A stretch of DNA of 64,000 bases from Oscillatoriales cyanobacterium (lineage in GTDB: Bacteria > Cyanobacteriota > Cyanobacteriia > Cyanobacteriales > Laspinemataceae): assembly GCA_011390955.1 (NCBI GenBank), contig JAABRM010000001.1:174694-238693 (forward strand). Reading direction: 5' to 3'. Position numbers and translations under genes: made by a program. The stretch's first letter is position 1. Each line of letters opens with the position of its first letter. Below, one piece after another: positions 41,164 to 52,972 of the stretch. Below the pieces are notes generated by a model. That model was not told the origin of the DNA and did no database searches. It saw nothing but the letters and a program-made list of their open reading frames with translations.

Positions 41164-41317
41164 TAAGTGGGCAGAAATAAATGCACCACAGACCCCCATT
41201 AGAAGAAAAACTGTCATTCCCGCGTCCTTTGAAGCCTGGCGCGTTAGCGCTATAGACGGGAATCCAAGGATTTACGGTAGGGAACGAAAAGTGCAATTAA
41301 TTATGTTCACCTACTTA
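41164..41317 (-). mobile_element. MITE-like element copy C (reverse orientation, 154 bp, enlarged internal hairpin loop)
   Basis: TAAGTGGGCAGAAATAAATGCACCACAGACC...CATTCCCGCG[31-nt loop]CGGGAATCC...GTGCAATTAATTATGTTCACCTACTTA is the reverse complement of the 9091..9219 family. Confidence 0.75.
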
Positions 41318-41375
41318 TTGATATATTGAGTGAAGGGGAAATTCCGAAAAACCTGTAAATTAGGTTAACTTGTCG

Positions 41376-41558
41376 TTATCGACCTTTGAGAGCCTTGTTA
41401 AAATTCTGGCGATAAGGTTTATTTGTCGCCAGTAACAATGGCCACATCAAGGTTAAACGGATTTTTCCTTCACTAAAGTTCGTATGGCGAAAGCCTTTCC
41501 AGAATTTCCAGGCACCACCCACATAGACCACTAAAAATGCTAAACCCAGTAATTCCAT
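41376..41558 (-). CDS. Possible small membrane protein (60 aa)
   Basis: ATG preceded by AAGGAA about 8 nt upstream. One predicted TM helix (LLGLAFLVVYVGGAWKFW). No homology recognised. Lies beside the MITE copy. Confidence 0.3.
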   Translation of the reverse strand: MELLGLAFLVVYVGGAWKFWKGFRHTNFSEGKIRLTLMWPLLLATNKPYRQNFNKALKGR

Positions 41559-41828
41559 TGGATTTATTCCTTATTTAATCAAACGAATGACCAGCGGTGA
41601 AATCAACTTGCCTGCCACCAGTCCGACTGGAGGTCTGGGCAGAGATTCTTTTTCCAGTGTAAACCTTATGCTTCAGAGATGCTTCAGAGTTAGAGTGAGA
41701 ATGAGAATAAGTGGCGATCGCCACTTATTCTGCCTCCGTGAGATGATATGAGTTAAAGCAATTAGGATCAAAGAAGCGGAATCATCACATCTGCTGCTTT
41801 GACCGCACAGGTAAAGATAGGAGGAACT

Positions 41829-44339
41829 ATGCGAGCAGTGTTAATGGCAGGAGGTTCAGGCACCAGGTTGAGACCGTTAACCTGCGATCTCCCTAAACCA
41901 ATGGTTCCAGTGCTCAACCGACCGATCGCCGAACATATTATTAATCTCCTCAAGCGACATGACATCACCGAAGTGATTGCCACATTGCACTATCTCCCGG
42001 ACGTCATGCGGGACTATTTCCAAGACGGGAGTGATTTTGGGGTGCTTATGACTTATGCCGTGGAAGAAGATCAGCCACTTGGTACAGCAGGGTGCGTCAA
42101 AAATATTGCCGAACTGCTCGATGATACCTTTTTAGTCATTAGCGGCGATAGTATTACGGACTTTAATCTGACGGAAGCGATCAAATTTCATAAAGCCAAG
42201 GGATCAAAAGCCACCCTGGTGTTAGCCCATGTTCCTAACCCCATTGAATTCGGGGTCGTGATTACCGATAAAAATGGGGCAATTAGCCGGTTTCTGGAAA
42301 AGCCATCTACCAGTGAAATTTTTTCCGATACGGTCAACACCGGCACTTATATCTTAGAGCCGGAAGTTTTGGAATACTTGCCTGCTAATCAAGAATGTGA
42401 CTTCTCTCAAGATTTGTTCCCCCTGTTGCTGGAAGAAGGGGAACCCATGTATGGCTATATTGGGCAAGGATATTGGTGTGATGTGGGGCATTTAGATACT
42501 TACCGGGAAGCTCAATATGACGCTTTGTACGGCAAAGTCAAGCTGGAATTTGCCTATCCGCAAAAGTCTCCCGGTCTATGGGTGGGTCAGAATACATATA
42601 TCGATCCGACCGTTAAAATTGAAACCCCCGCGTTAATTGGGGATAATTGCCGGATTGGGCAGCGGGTGATCGTGGAAGCCGGAACCACGATCGGGGATAA
42701 TGTGACGATTGGTGCGGATGCGGAATTGAAGCGTCCGATTATTTGGAATGGGGTAATCATCGGCGAAGAGGCGAATTTAAGTGCTTGTGTCACCGCCAGG
42801 GGGGTGAGAGTCGATCGCCGCGCTCATATTTTAGAAGGGGCGGTGGTGGGTTCTCTTTCTAATGTCGGGGAAGAGGCGCTGATTAATACTTCCGTGCGGG
42901 TTTGGCCGAGCAAAAAGATTGAGTCTGGCGCCACATTAAATATTAATTTAATTTGGGGCAATACCGCACAGCGCAATCTATTCGGCCAACGGGGAGTTTC
43001 CGGTTTGGCCAATATTGATATTACCCCAGAGTTTGCGGTGAAATTGGGAGCCGCTTATGGTTCCACCTTGAAACCAGGGGCACAAGTAAGCGTTTCTCGC
43101 GACCAACGGGGGATTTCTCGGATGGTTTCCCGGTCTTTAATTGCCGGATTGATGTCTGTGGGAACAAATATCCAAAACTTGGAGGCCACGGCGATCCCTT
43201 TGGCCCGTTCCATTATCTCGACTCTTTCGGTGGCCGGAGGCATTCATGTGCGGGTTCACCCCGACCGGCCTGATTCTTTGTTAATTGAATTTTTTGATGA
43301 GCAAGGGATCAATATTTCTAAGTCCCGGGAGAAGAAAATTGAGGGGGCTTATTTTAAGGAGGATTTCCGGCGATCGCAGATTCACGAAATTGGCAATATG
43401 TCTTATCCCAGCCAAACGATCGAACTTTATAGCGTGGGATTTGAGCAGTATCTCAATGTGGAAGCCATTCGCCATAGTCGGGCCAAGGTGGTAATTGATT
43501 ATATGTATGCGGTCTACGGTGCCGTGCTGCCGTTGCTGTTGGCTAAGTTTGGGGTGGATGCGGTGGTGCTCAATGCCAGCCTCAGTCAAACTGCGCCCAG
43601 TTCAGCGGAAAGAGAAGATTTATTAATTCAACTCGGTCGCGTGGTCGAAGCCGTCAAAGCCAGTTTTGGGGTACAGGTTTCCGCCAATGGCGAACAGCTT
43701 ATTTTAGTGGACGAGTCTGGCACCCCAATTCGGGGGGAAATGTTAACCGCTTTGATGGTCAGTTTGGTGTTGACTTCTTTCCCCCGTGGGACGGTGGTGG
43801 TGCCGGTTCATACCAGTTCGGCGATCGAAGAAATCGCTCGCCGCCATGATGGTCGGGTGATTCGGACTAAAGTCAATCCCACCGCTTTGATGGAAGCTTG
43901 TCACACCAATCCTAATGTGGTCTTGGGTGGTAGTGGCGAAATGGGGTTTATTTTTCCCCAACTACATCCGGGGTTTGATGCTATGTTCTGTATTGCTAAA
44001 GTGATTGAAATGATGACCTTACAAGAGCGATCGCTGATGCAAATTCGGATTGATTTACCTCGTGTCAGCCATAAAAGCTATACCGTGCGTTGTCCCTGGC
44101 GGGTCAAAGGTGCCTTAATGCGTTATCTGGTGGAAACTCATCCCACAGAAAATTTAGAATTGGTCGATGGGGTAAAAATTTTCCAATCTCCCCATAGCGA
44201 TGATTGGGTCTTAATTTTGCCCGATGCGGGAGAACCGTTAGTCCATATTTTTACCAACAGCCCCGATCGCGAATGGGTCGATCAAGCGTTGTGGAATTAC
44301 CGCAGTCAAGTGCAAAAGTTTGTCGCCCAAGAACAATAA
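41829..44339 (+). CDS. Bifunctional sugar-1-phosphate nucleotidyltransferase (GDP-mannose pyrophosphorylase-like, with left-handed beta-helix) fused to a phosphohexomutase (PMM/PGM) domain
   Basis: [18 protein letters not shown]...GTAG nucleotidyltransferase signature. Hexapeptide repeats around residue 270-370. C-terminal alpha-D-phosphohexomutase-like region. AGGAGGAA Shine-Dalgarno before the ATG at 41829. Confidence 0.8.
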   Translation: MRAVLMAGGSGTRLRPLTCDLPKPMVPVLNRPIAEHIINLLKRHDITEVIATLHYLPDVMRDYFQDGSDFGVLMTYAVEEDQPLGTAGCVKNIAELLDDTFLVISGDSITDFNLTEAIKFHKAKGSKATLVLAHVPNPIEFGVVITDKNGAISRFLEKPSTSEIFSDTVNTGTYILEPEVLEYLPANQECDFSQDLFPLLLEEGEPMYGYIGQGYWCDVGHLDTYREAQYDALYGKVKLEFAYPQKSPGLWVGQNTYIDPTVKIETPALIGDNCRIGQRVIVEAGTTIGDNVTIGADAELKRPIIWNGVIIGEEANLSACVTARGVRVDRRAHILEGAVVGSLSNVGEEALINTSVRVWPSKKIESGATLNINLIWGNTAQRNLFGQRGVSGLANIDITPEFAVKLGAAYGSTLKPGAQVSVSRDQRGISRMVSRSLIAGLMSVGTNIQNLEATAIPLARSIISTLSVAGGIHVRVHPDRPDSLLIEFFDEQGINISKSREKKIEGAYFKEDFRRSQIHEIGNMSYPSQTIELYSVGFEQYLNVEAIRHSRAKVVIDYMYAVYGAVLPLLLAKFGVDAVVLNASLSQTAPSSAEREDLLIQLGRVVEAVKASFGVQVSANGEQLILVDESGTPIRGEMLTALMVSLVLTSFPRGTVVVPVHTSSAIEEIARRHDGRVIRTKVNPTALMEACHTNPNVVLGGSGEMGFIFPQLHPGFDAMFCIAKVIEMMTLQERSLMQIRIDLPRVSHKSYTVRCPWRVKGALMRYLVETHPTENLELVDGVKIFQSPHSDDWVLILPDAGEPLVHIFTNSPDREWVDQALWNYRSQVQKFVAQEQ

Positions 44340-44474
44340 GGGATGGCTAACTCCCTAAATTGTTCAGACAATTTCAGCCCGAAGCGATCTATTGTAGAAG
44401 AAATCTTCTTCGGACTGATTTCGCTGGATATTTCCGTGGAATCAGTCCATGTCCACGAATATGCCAAGAAAAAG

Positions 44475-45062
44475 ATGAATAGTTGTATTTTAATGGCGGA
44501 GATTATTCAAGAACCGCAACTACGCTACACCGCAGATAACCAAACCGCCATTACGGAAATGGTGGTTCAGTTTGAAAGTACCCGCCCTGACGATCCACCG
44601 GCTACTTTAAAGGCGATCGCCTGGGGCAATCGGGCACAGGAAGTCTATGACCATTACAAAGTGGGCGATCGCGTGGTCTTGGAAGGACGACTCACCATGA
44701 GAAATATCGATCGCCCCGAAGGATTTAAAGAAAAACGGGCGGAACTGGTTGTCTCACGGGTTCATGCTTTAGGTGCTACTCCCGCAACTACTTACCAGTC
44801 CCCAACCCCACAAACATTTGTGGCCTCGACCCCTTCTACCCCAAATGTTGTCTCAATTGAATCTCGTCGGCAACCGGCAAATAGCCTCCCGAATCAAACT
44901 CCCGTTTTCACTGCCCCCTCGGTGCCTCAACCTTTAGCCGGTGTCCCCAGTTCTGCGACAACATCTCCGACTTATTCCCCAGACATCTCCTCTCGTCCAC
45001 CATCGATGCCCTCAAGTTCTGACTCCCCATCGGAAACGGATTTAGACGAAATTCCTTTCTAG
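44475..45062 (+). CDS. ssb: Single-stranded DNA-binding protein
   Basis: OB-fold N-terminus MNSCILMAEIIQEPQLRYTADNQTAI...AWGNRAQEV...GDRVVLEGRL. Pro/Ser-rich linker. C-terminal acidic tip DLDEIPF. The ORF-track start at 44343 is less likely. Confidence 0.85.
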   Translation: MNSCILMAEIIQEPQLRYTADNQTAITEMVVQFESTRPDDPPATLKAIAWGNRAQEVYDHYKVGDRVVLEGRLTMRNIDRPEGFKEKRAELVVSRVHALGATPATTYQSPTPQTFVASTPSTPNVVSIESRRQPANSLPNQTPVFTAPSVPQPLAGVPSSATTSPTYSPDISSRPPSMPSSSDSPSETDLDEIPF

Positions 45063-45064
45063 GA

Positions 45065-45355
45065 GTCATAAACAAATTTGTTGTTGGTTATTTGTTATTT
45101 GTTGGTTGTTATTCGTTATGCTTTACTCGTGATTTGCCTCAAATCACCAACCGACAACAAACAACCAACAACCAACAAACAACCAACAACCAACAACTAA
45201 CAACCGACAACAAACAACCAACAAACAACCAACAACCAACAACCAACAACCAACAACCAACAACCAACAACCAACAACCAACAACCAACCAACAACCAAC
45301 AACCAACAACCAACAACCAACAACCAACAACCAACAACTAACAACTAATAACATC
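45065..45355. repeat. Largest (CAACAA)n/(TTGTTG)n palindromic block (~290 bp) between the convergent ssb and lipB
   Basis: A TTGTTGGTTATTTGTTATTTGTTGG arm is followed by about 200 bp of CAACAACCAACAA units. The ORFs overlapping it (QQTTNN / LLVVGCW translations) are artefacts. Confidence 0.85.
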
Positions 45356-46015
45356 GATCAACTGAAGCCCAAAGACTTCCGCAAAAATCATGGCCACCTG
45401 TTCTCGAACTAAATCCATTTGAATATCGGGGATAAACTCAGCTAAACTGCCCACGGGGCGATCGACAATGCCACAAGGCACAATCTTTTGAAACCCTTGC
45501 AGATCGGGACAAACATTCAAAGAAAAACCATGCATCGTAATCCAGCGACTCACTTTAATCCCGATCGCCGCTACTTTTCGCCCCTCGACCCAAACCCCCG
45601 TCAGTCCGGGAATTCGACCACCGTCTAAACCATACAGCGCCAACACCCGAATTAAAACTTCTTCCAACTGACGTAAGTACCAATGTAGGTCGGGACGGTA
45701 ATGCCGTAAATTTAAAATCGGATAGCCCACCAATTGACCGGGACAATGGTAAGTCACTTCTCCCCCCCGTTCAATCCGATGAACTGGGACTTCGCTGGTT
45801 TCTGGGTCAAATTTGAGAAACTCTAAACTGGCACCCGTTCCCAGGGTATAAACCGGCGGATGTTCTAAAAAAATTAACACATCATTCAGTTCAGGATGCG
45901 ATCGACGACTCTCCACCAGAGAACGTTGCCAGTTCCAAGCTTCGATGTAGTCCATCAGACCCAGATTATAGAACTCACATAAACGGTTTGGCTTGGGTTT
46001 GGTGTCAGAAAACAT
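45338..46015 (-). CDS. lipB: Lipoyl(octanoyl) transferase LipB
   Basis: [14 protein letters not shown]...[10 protein letters not shown]...[19 protein letters not shown]...[22 protein letters not shown]. The start is uncertain. 46015 is preferred over 46072 by alignment to the usual LipB N-terminus. Confidence 0.8.
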   Translation of the reverse strand: MFSDTKPKPNRLCEFYNLGLMDYIEAWNWQRSLVESRRSHPELNDVLIFLEHPPVYTLGTGASLEFLKFDPETSEVPVHRIERGGEVTYHCPGQLVGYPILNLRHYRPDLHWYLRQLEEVLIRVLALYGLDGGRIPGLTGVWVEGRKVAAIGIKVSRWITMHGFSLNVCPDLQGFQKIVPCGIVDRPVGSLAEFIPDIQMDLVREQVAMIFAEVFGLQLIDVISC

Positions 46016-47185
46016 AGTGCTTAATCGGTGCTTAAAAAAGACAGAGGGCATGGGGGCAGGGGGAAAATGCAACAGATTTTAAAGAGAAATCACCAAAAAC
46101 TGTAAAATAGAACACAAAGTGGTAATGTGGAAAGATAACTAAGATTTTCCCGGAGGATCGTGTTTATACCCTTAAGCGTATAATAGAGATAAGCAATTCT
46201 ACATTGCCATCTCACACTAAATCTGATGGTGATTCCTTCGTTACGAAAAAGTGACGCCAAATATTAGCCATCTGCCGGAAAAGCTTTGAAGCAGAATGCT
46301 GGCAACGGCGGCTAAATAACCATTTTTGGCCCTGTGTGGTAGATATCCCTTGAGTTGTGGATGATTTGTCTTCAAGCGACTCAAGACTCAGAAGAGAAAT
46401 CTTCATCAAATCGCTACACTGATCTGTCAGTTAATTCATCCATTCCCCTAAGTCCCCCTTAAAAAAGGGGACGGTGATTTATTTTATTTCTGCTGACAGA
46501 TATACTTAGTGGAGTTGCTCTGAGCGTAACGGATTTTGAGCAGCATCGTGACAAAATTCTCCTAAATCTTAGGTAGCTAATTTCCCGCTGTTTCCCAGTC
46601 ACAGATTCATCTGACTTAGATCATCTTTAAACCCTTAAAGATGATTCAACCCTTGTCAGATGACCTCCAATAACCCTCTAGTTTGGCTGACACCACTTTT
46701 AACTCAGGGTTGGCGAAACAATCTGGATATTGGGGTTAACGATAGTGAAAATTAGCGCTGATTTATCGTGGAGTTTTTATGTCTAAAAACTGATTTATTT
46801 TCTGACTTCACAATTGGCTAAATTGCTGATATAATGATAAGCATAGAGGATCTAAATCATTGGGACATTGGGATAGGCACCCTCCCTAGGGGTTTCCCTG
46901 TTCACAATTTAGACATTTCATCAATGATTTAGAAATGCTATAAAGGCAATGAAAGGCCAAATTCTTGACCAGAAAATCGCTGTTTTTTCAGGAAAAATCT
47001 CCATGATCCAACAATCAGAAACTAGCGACCCACCAAGCCTTGTAGCGGAAATTAGTATTTCGGCTAGGTTTTTGATCGATTATCAAAAAAACTAGCAAAG
47101 ATATTCAGTTTCGGGAAGCGGCAATACCCGCCCCGTTTCCTCTAAATGTAAATAAATATGGGTTCTTCAGCGGGAGCATATTGAT

Positions 47186-47785
47186 ATGAAGCTTGTTATC
47201 CACGGCAAAAATATTGAAATCACCGACTCAATTCGGGAATATGTTACTCAAAAAGTAGAAAAGGGCGTGAGTCACTTTCAGGACTTGACCCTAGAGGTTG
47301 ATGTGCATTTGTCAGTGGCCAAAAATCCTCGGAATAATTTAAAACAAACGGCTGAAGTGACCATTTTTGCCAATAAAACCGTAATCCGTGCCGAAGAAAG
47401 TAGTGAAAATCTGTATGCCAGTATAGATTTAGTTTCGGATAAAATTTCTCGGCAGTTGCGTAAGTATAAAGAAAAACGTTTAGCACAAAAGACTAGCGTT
47501 CGCGCCAAAACGATTGAGTTGGTCGAAGAACAGCCAGTGGTTAAGGATTTGATTGGCTCGCGCAGTCCCGAATTACCGAAAGAAGTGGTGCGGACTAAGT
47601 ATTTTATGATGTCTCCGATGACCGTAGAAGACGCTTTGGAACAACTTCAACTGGTGGATCACGATTTCTATATGTTCCGCAACTCTGAAACGGGCGAAAT
47701 TAATGTGATCTATGAACGGAATCACGGTGGTTATGGTGTGCTGCAACCCCGCGAAAATGGTGCTGTGGTTAATGGTAAAGTCTGA
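47186..47785 (+). CDS. hpf: Ribosome hibernation-promoting factor (long HPF / LrtA-type)
   Basis: [26 protein letters not shown]...[21 protein letters not shown] plus a C-terminal dimerisation domain. About 1.1-kb leader upstream. Confidence 0.9.
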   Translation: MKLVIHGKNIEITDSIREYVTQKVEKGVSHFQDLTLEVDVHLSVAKNPRNNLKQTAEVTIFANKTVIRAEESSENLYASIDLVSDKISRQLRKYKEKRLAQKTSVRAKTIELVEEQPVVKDLIGSRSPELPKEVVRTKYFMMSPMTVEDALEQLQLVDHDFYMFRNSETGEINVIYERNHGGYGVLQPRENGAVVNGKV

Positions 47786-47892
47786 TTTTACGCTTCCCTG
47801 GTTGAGAAATCTTCGGGAAACAATGCCGCAGGATTTGTCAGCGGTTTAACTAACATGAAAAATTCAGCGCAACCAGATCAAACCTGATTAAA

Positions 47893-47940
47893 AAGAAGAG
47901 GAGGCTATACGATCGCACAGCCTTCTCTTCTTTTTTTGAT
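47893..47940. terminator. Putative bidirectional intrinsic terminator between hpf and prxQ
   Basis: 14-bp stem AAGAAGAGGAGGCT / AGCCTTCTCTTCTT (1 mismatch). Loop ATACGATCGCAC contains a HIP1-like core. A7 on the 5' side and T7 on the 3' side give a U-run in both orientations. Confidence 0.6.
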
Positions 47941-48017
47941 TTGTTGTTGATTTGTTGTTTTATCTGGAAGGTGGGCATTGCCCCGCTGCCATAGGAGGCG
48001 ATCGCCTCCTACCCCAG

Positions 48018-48470
48018 TTAAATTTCTTTGAGGGTTTTCAGGGACTCTTCTACATGACCTGTGAAATTCATCATGGAATCAAAAATATGGCGAACCACTC
48101 CCTGTTTGTCGATCGCATAAGTCACCCGACCAGGAAGAATAAATAAGGTGGCCGGAACTCCGTATAATTGCCGCAATTTATTGTCACGATCGCTTAACAG
48201 AATAAATGGCAGGTTGTACTTGCGGGCAAATTGCTGGTGAGACTGCTGGGAGTCCCCACTTACGCCGATCACTTCGGCGCCTGCTTCTTTGAATACTTCG
48301 TAGCTATCCCGGAAAGCACAAGATTCAGCAGTGCAACCAGGGGTGTCATCTTTCGGATAAAAATATAAGACGACAGATTTTTTACCATAGAAATCTTTCA
48401 GGCTGACTTTTTCTCCGGTGGCAGAATTTAGGGTAAAATCTGGCGCTTTGTCTCCAACTTTGATTGCCAT
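48018..48470 (-). CDS. bcp: Thioredoxin-dependent peroxiredoxin (Bcp/PrxQ)
   Basis: YFYPKDDTPGCTAESCAFRD active-site block. 150 aa. Confidence 0.9.
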   Translation of the reverse strand: MAIKVGDKAPDFTLNSATGEKVSLKDFYGKKSVVLYFYPKDDTPGCTAESCAFRDSYEVFKEAGAEVIGVSGDSQQSHQQFARKYNLPFILLSDRDNKLRQLYGVPATLFILPGRVTYAIDKQGVVRHIFDSMMNFTGHVEESLKTLKEI

Positions 48471-48523
48471 AGTTGCGATTTATTACAGATGTATTACAAG
48501 TTTGGGCAAAATGTTAACTTTTG

Positions 48524-50530
48524 TTATGCTACCGCAGATGGGCGTAATATCCGCATGGCATTTAAAATCGCGAGTAGGGCGACACCGACATCGGCGAATA
48601 CCGCTGCCCACATACTGGCAAGGCCAAAAATTCCCAGGAGAATGAATAAGATTTTGATGCCCACGGCAAATCCGATGTTTTGCCAGATAATTTGACGAGT
48701 TTTTCGGGCAATTTGAATGGCTTCGGCGACTTTTGCGGGGGCATCGCTCATAATTACTACATCGGCAGTGGCGATCGCTGCATCGGATCCCAGCCCTCCC
48801 ATTGCAATGCCCACATCTGCCAGGGCGATCGCTGGTGCATCATTAATCCCGTCGCCCACAAAGGCGGTTTTTTCCCCGCCCCAAAAATGGTTTTTAACGG
48901 TTTTTTTGAGTAGCTTTTCCAGTTCTGCGACTTTTTGTTCCGGCAATAATTCCGCGTGATAACAGTCGATCGCCAATTCTTCACTAACTTTTTTGGCGAC
49001 GGTGCGATCGTCTCCGGTTAACATCACCACTTGTTCAACCCCTAATTTTTTCAGGGTTTGGATGGAATTAGCCGCATCTTCTTTGACTCGATCGGCAATG
49101 ACCAGATATCCCGCATAAAGACGATCCACGGCCAAATGCACCACCGTGCCTTCCAAGTCCATGCATTCGTGGGGGATATTTTCTCGATGTAATAGACGAT
49201 GATTCCCCGCGAGGACGGTGGTATCCCTGACCCTCGCCCGGATCCCATGTCCGGCAATTTCTTCATAGTCGGCGATCGCTACAGTTGCCAGGTTATTTGG
49301 CGCCGCTTCTCGGATCGATTTGGCGACCGGATGATTGGAATGTATTTCGGCACTGGCAGCAATATTTAAAAGTTCTGATTCACTTAAACCATTGTTTGTC
49401 ACTACCTCGGTGACTTTAAAGACCCCTTGAGTCAGAGTGCCGGTTTTGTCAAAAACTACGGTGGTGACTGAGTTTAAGGCGTCTAAAAATTTAGAGCCTT
49501 TGATTAAAATGCCTCGTTTGGCTGCTCCCCCAATGCCGCCAAAATATCCCAAGGGAATACTAATCACCAGTCCGCAAGGACAAGAAATTACCAGGACTAC
49601 TAAGGAACGGTAAATCCATTGATCTAAGGTTGCCCCAGGAATGAGTAATGGCGGCAGAATGGCGATCGCCAGAGAGACGAACACCACGATCGGCGTATAG
49701 TATCGGGCAAAAGTAGTAATAAATTTTTCTGTATCGGCTTTCTGGGCTTTGGCGTTTTCGACTAAGTGTAAAATCTGGGCAATGGAAGATTCCCCAAAAG
49801 GTTTTGTGACTCGAATAGTTAACAGTCCTCCTAGGTTCATAGTCCCGGCTAAAACCGGATCTCCCGTTTTAATGCTTCGGGGGACGGATTCTCCGGTTAA
49901 TGGAGAAGTATCGATCTGAGATTTACCTTCAATAACTTCACCGTCTAAGGGAATTTTTTCCCCTGGTTTGACAAGAATAATGTCCCCAATGTTGACGGTT
50001 TCCGGGGCTACCGTTTGCACCGTGTCATTGATTTTCCGGTTGGCATAATCTGGTCGTACTTCTAAGAGGGCTTTGATGGAACGGCGAGAACGCGAGACTG
50101 CTTGATTTTGAAATAGTTCGCCGATTTGAAAAAAGAGCATCACCCCGACGGCTTCCGGTAATTCCCCGATCGCGATCGCCCCTAGGGTGGCGATAGTCAT
50201 CAGAAAATTTTCATCAAAAATTCGGCCATCGATCAGATTTCGTCCCGCAGTGGAGAGCACCGTCCAACCACTGAGTAAATAAGCGGGGATAAAGACTAAA
50301 TGTTCCGCGATCGCGAATGGGGTATCTTGCAGGGCTTTTTGCCCGATTAACCCCAGAGTAAATAAGGCGATCGCCACAGAAATTTTCAGAAATTCTTGAG
50401 TTTTGTAAAATTTTCCAATTTTCTCAGATTCCTGCCCATCTCTTTGGGACTTATTCTCATGGTTAGATTCGGCGTTAGATTCGGCATTTCCGGTGCAACT
50501 GCAACAATGAGATGTATGTTGTCGATCCAT
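48524..50530 (-). CDS. Heavy-metal (Zn/Cd/Pb-type, P1B) translocating P-type ATPase
   Basis: His/Cys-rich N-terminus. CPC motif (SCPCGLVIS). DKTGTLT phosphorylation site. GDGINDAPAL hinge. Confidence 0.9.
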   Translation of the reverse strand: MDRQHTSHCCSCTGNAESNAESNHENKSQRDGQESEKIGKFYKTQEFLKISVAIALFTLGLIGQKALQDTPFAIAEHLVFIPAYLLSGWTVLSTAGRNLIDGRIFDENFLMTIATLGAIAIGELPEAVGVMLFFQIGELFQNQAVSRSRRSIKALLEVRPDYANRKINDTVQTVAPETVNIGDIILVKPGEKIPLDGEVIEGKSQIDTSPLTGESVPRSIKTGDPVLAGTMNLGGLLTIRVTKPFGESSIAQILHLVENAKAQKADTEKFITTFARYYTPIVVFVSLAIAILPPLLIPGATLDQWIYRSLVVLVISCPCGLVISIPLGYFGGIGGAAKRGILIKGSKFLDALNSVTTVVFDKTGTLTQGVFKVTEVVTNNGLSESELLNIAASAEIHSNHPVAKSIREAAPNNLATVAIADYEEIAGHGIRARVRDTTVLAGNHRLLHRENIPHECMDLEGTVVHLAVDRLYAGYLVIADRVKEDAANSIQTLKKLGVEQVVMLTGDDRTVAKKVSEELAIDCYHAELLPEQKVAELEKLLKKTVKNHFWGGEKTAFVGDGINDAPAIALADVGIAMGGLGSDAAIATADVVIMSDAPAKVAEAIQIARKTRQIIWQNIGFAVGIKILFILLGIFGLASMWAAVFADVGVALLAILNAMRILRPSAVA

Positions 50531-50583
50531 ATTGTCATCATTTTAGTTAACTCTTGTAATATTTTACCTATAAAACTTTCATT

Positions 50584-50671
50584 TTATCTGATATTTTGGG
50601 ACTTTTCTTTAGGTTTTTTTAATCTTTTTATCTGATATTTTGGGACTTTTCTTTAGGTTTTTTTAATCTTT
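50584..50671. promoter_or_regulatory. Perfect 44-bp tandem direct repeat x2 immediately upstream of the metal ATPase gene
   Basis: ttatctgatattttgggacttttctttaggtttttttaatcttt at 50584..50627 and again at 50628..50671. The gene start is at 50530 on the minus strand. Confidence 0.5.
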
Positions 50672-51203
50672 ATGGCGCTAAATCTCCAGGGGTTGCTGGG
50701 AGCGGGTAATTGAGTTTTTTCATAAACTTAAATTGATTGACCTGAAACTTTAAAATTGATTTAACTCAACCTTAATGGTAATTTTTGATACTGTTGTTGA
50801 GGCAAGTTCTATGTTTCACTTAAAACAACGAAAAAAAGGGATACTCACTCTGGTAAACCAAGCCTCAGCCGTACAAAAGGCTGGAGTTGACAAGCGCATC
50901 AGGATAAAAATTTGCCTTTTATATTTTTGTCGGTAATTCAATCAGCGTATAGATTTTGTGATGTTTTTAGCTGTAAGCATTCAGGGTTCAGACACCAGGG
51001 GTCATGGTTCAGAGATCGGCGGTTGTGCATAAAAGACCCACTCAGTTAACAAAAAGCTAATCCCTGACCACCGATCGCTGACGGCTTAATTTTAGATTTC
51101 TGAGAGATTCGGCTTTTAAGTGATGCCAAGATAAAATTTCATTAAATATTTAGCATTTATAGCCATCCTTTCTAGGATATCGCTGCTCAGTTAGGTATTT
51201 GCA

Positions 51204-51500
51204 ATGGTGAACGCAGTTATGGAAATCGGATTCAACCCTGCTCAACAACTTGAAATTCTCTGCTATTACTTTAATGAAAGTAGTGAGAAGCAAATCGTCA
51301 AACTGAATAAAAATTCTCAAGCAGTTGAGGTAGCATTGCTGCCTAAACAAGGGATATTTTTTGAAGCAATGCCCGATAACTTGCTGAAAATTTATCGGTC
51401 TATTTTTAGTGGCAGAGAAATTGTAGACGCCATTCGGTGCAAAGCTTTGCACGTTTGTGACAATGTGCCGGATTACCGGAGGCTTCAAGCGATCGCATAA
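51204..51500 (+). CDS. DUF1830 domain protein (cyanobacterial conserved)
   Basis: ILCYYFNESSEKQIVKLNKNS...GIFFEA matches the DUF1830 signature. The overlapping minus-strand ORF 51150..51554 is rejected. Confidence 0.6.
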   Translation: MVNAVMEIGFNPAQQLEILCYYFNESSEKQIVKLNKNSQAVEVALLPKQGIFFEAMPDNLLKIYRSIFSGREIVDAIRCKALHVCDNVPDYRRLQAIA

Positions 51501-51844
51501 GCAAAAATCAACTGGAAAAATAGGCTTATATAACCGCATTTGCCAGTTTTTCACGAATTTGTGCCAACACGAGAAAACATGAGCAAATAATAAAAAATAA
51601 TCAATTTGCTCGGAATGCTGACTGTCCTAATTCTGCGATTCTATTGGACAATATTTTTTAATTCTATTGAATCTGTTGATTGCCCATTGATGATGCTTGA
51701 TTTCCGAGGGTTGATGGGCAATTTGCCGTGGCTAAAATTGGCCATAAGTTCTGTCACTCTTGGCGCGAATGAAATTTTCCTAAGTGTTACGATTGATAAA
51801 ATGATCGAGACTGCCAGCTAGTCAGCGTCAGTCCCCAGCCGTCA

Positions 51845-52897
51845 GTGATTCATCTTATCAAAATATTATCTCTTATGGTGCAAGGCTTTGAAACCAGCGT
51901 TAATCAATCAAAACAGGTTGATTATCTGCGGATCAGTTTGGTTGACCGTTGTAATTTTCGCTGTCAGTATTGTATGCCCGAAGAGGCAGAACTCAACTAT
52001 ATTTTGCAGCAGGATTTACTGACGAATGAAGAATTGTTAATCCTAATTCGGGAAGTGTTTATCCCCGCAGGGTTTACCCGGTTTCGGCTGACGGGAGGAG
52101 AACCCCTGATCCGTCCGGGGGTGGTGGAGTTGGTTAGGGCGATCGCTTCTTTGGATCGAGTTGAAGATTTAGCCATGACCACCAATGGCTTTTTATTGGC
52201 AAAAATGGCGCAGGATCTCTATGAAGCGGGTTTGCGTCGGCTAAATATTAGTCTGGACTCGTTAAATGCGGAGACTTTTGACTGGTTGGTGGGTCGGAAC
52301 GGGCAAAGCCGTTGGCCCCTAGTTTGGGCGGGAATTCAGCAAGCTTATCAAGTGGGGTTCAATCCCCTGAAATTGAATGTGGTGGTAATTCCTGGGGTGA
52401 ACGACCATGAAGTGCTCGATTTGGCCAGTTTAACCATAGACCGGAAATGGCACGTCCGATTTATTGAGTTTATGCCGATTGGCAATCACCAGCTATTTAG
52501 CGATCGCGGTTGGGTGCCGTCAGAAGAGTTGCGACAACGTATTCGCGATCGCTGGGGGTTAGAAGCTGGACAAGTTCGGGGCAATGGCCCGGCGGATGTG
52601 TTTCAAATTCCTGGCGCTTTGGGGACTTTAGGTTTTATTTCCCAAATGTCAGAATGTTTCTGCGATCGCTGTAACCGAATGCGTTTCAGTGCGGATGGCT
52701 GGTTGCGTCCTTGTTTATTGAATGAAACCGGCCAAATTGACTTAAAAACAGCCCTTCGTAACGGGGTCACATTCAGCAAATTATTAGAACAAGTACAGAG
52801 TTTACTAGCCATCAAACCAGAAATCAACTATAAAGGACGTGATTCTGGCACCTTGGCTGGCGGTTACAGCCGCACCATGTCCCAAATTGGCGGATAG
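51845..52897 (+). CDS. moaA: GTP 3',8-cyclase MoaA (radical SAM, Moco biosynthesis)
   Basis: [19 protein letters not shown] CxxxCxxC radical-SAM cluster. RLTGGEPL. C-terminal second-cluster cysteines CxxCxRxR. The start may be the ATG at 51875. Confidence 0.9.
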   Translation: MIHLIKILSLMVQGFETSVNQSKQVDYLRISLVDRCNFRCQYCMPEEAELNYILQQDLLTNEELLILIREVFIPAGFTRFRLTGGEPLIRPGVVELVRAIASLDRVEDLAMTTNGFLLAKMAQDLYEAGLRRLNISLDSLNAETFDWLVGRNGQSRWPLVWAGIQQAYQVGFNPLKLNVVVIPGVNDHEVLDLASLTIDRKWHVRFIEFMPIGNHQLFSDRGWVPSEELRQRIRDRWGLEAGQVRGNGPADVFQIPGALGTLGFISQMSECFCDRCNRMRFSADGWLRPCLLNETGQIDLKTALRNGVTFSKLLEQVQSLLAIKPEINYKGRDSGTLAGGYSRTMSQIGG

Positions 52898-52972
52898 CGG
52901 ATAAAAAAAGGAATCGGGAACAGGCCACCTAACCCACACCCAGTTAGCTCCAACCTGGTTCCCTTCATCCTT

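Noticed and set aside
45092-45412. ORFs 45092..45412(+), 45139..45354(-), 45144..45344(-) with QQTTNN / LLVVGCW low-complexity translations
   Set aside because: They lie entirely within the (CAACAA)n repeat block. They are translation artefacts of a hexanucleotide repeat, open in several frames at once.
51150-51554. 134-aa minus-strand ORF overlapping the DUF1830 gene
   Set aside because: The plus-strand 98-aa product carries the conserved DUF1830 signature. The antisense ORF has no recognisable features and is probably a shadow ORF.
51600-51844. Looked for a Moco riboswitch in the 240-nt leader of moaA
   Set aside because: I could not recognise the conserved Moco-motif elements by eye. An Infernal scan with Rfam RF01055 would be needed, so no call is made.
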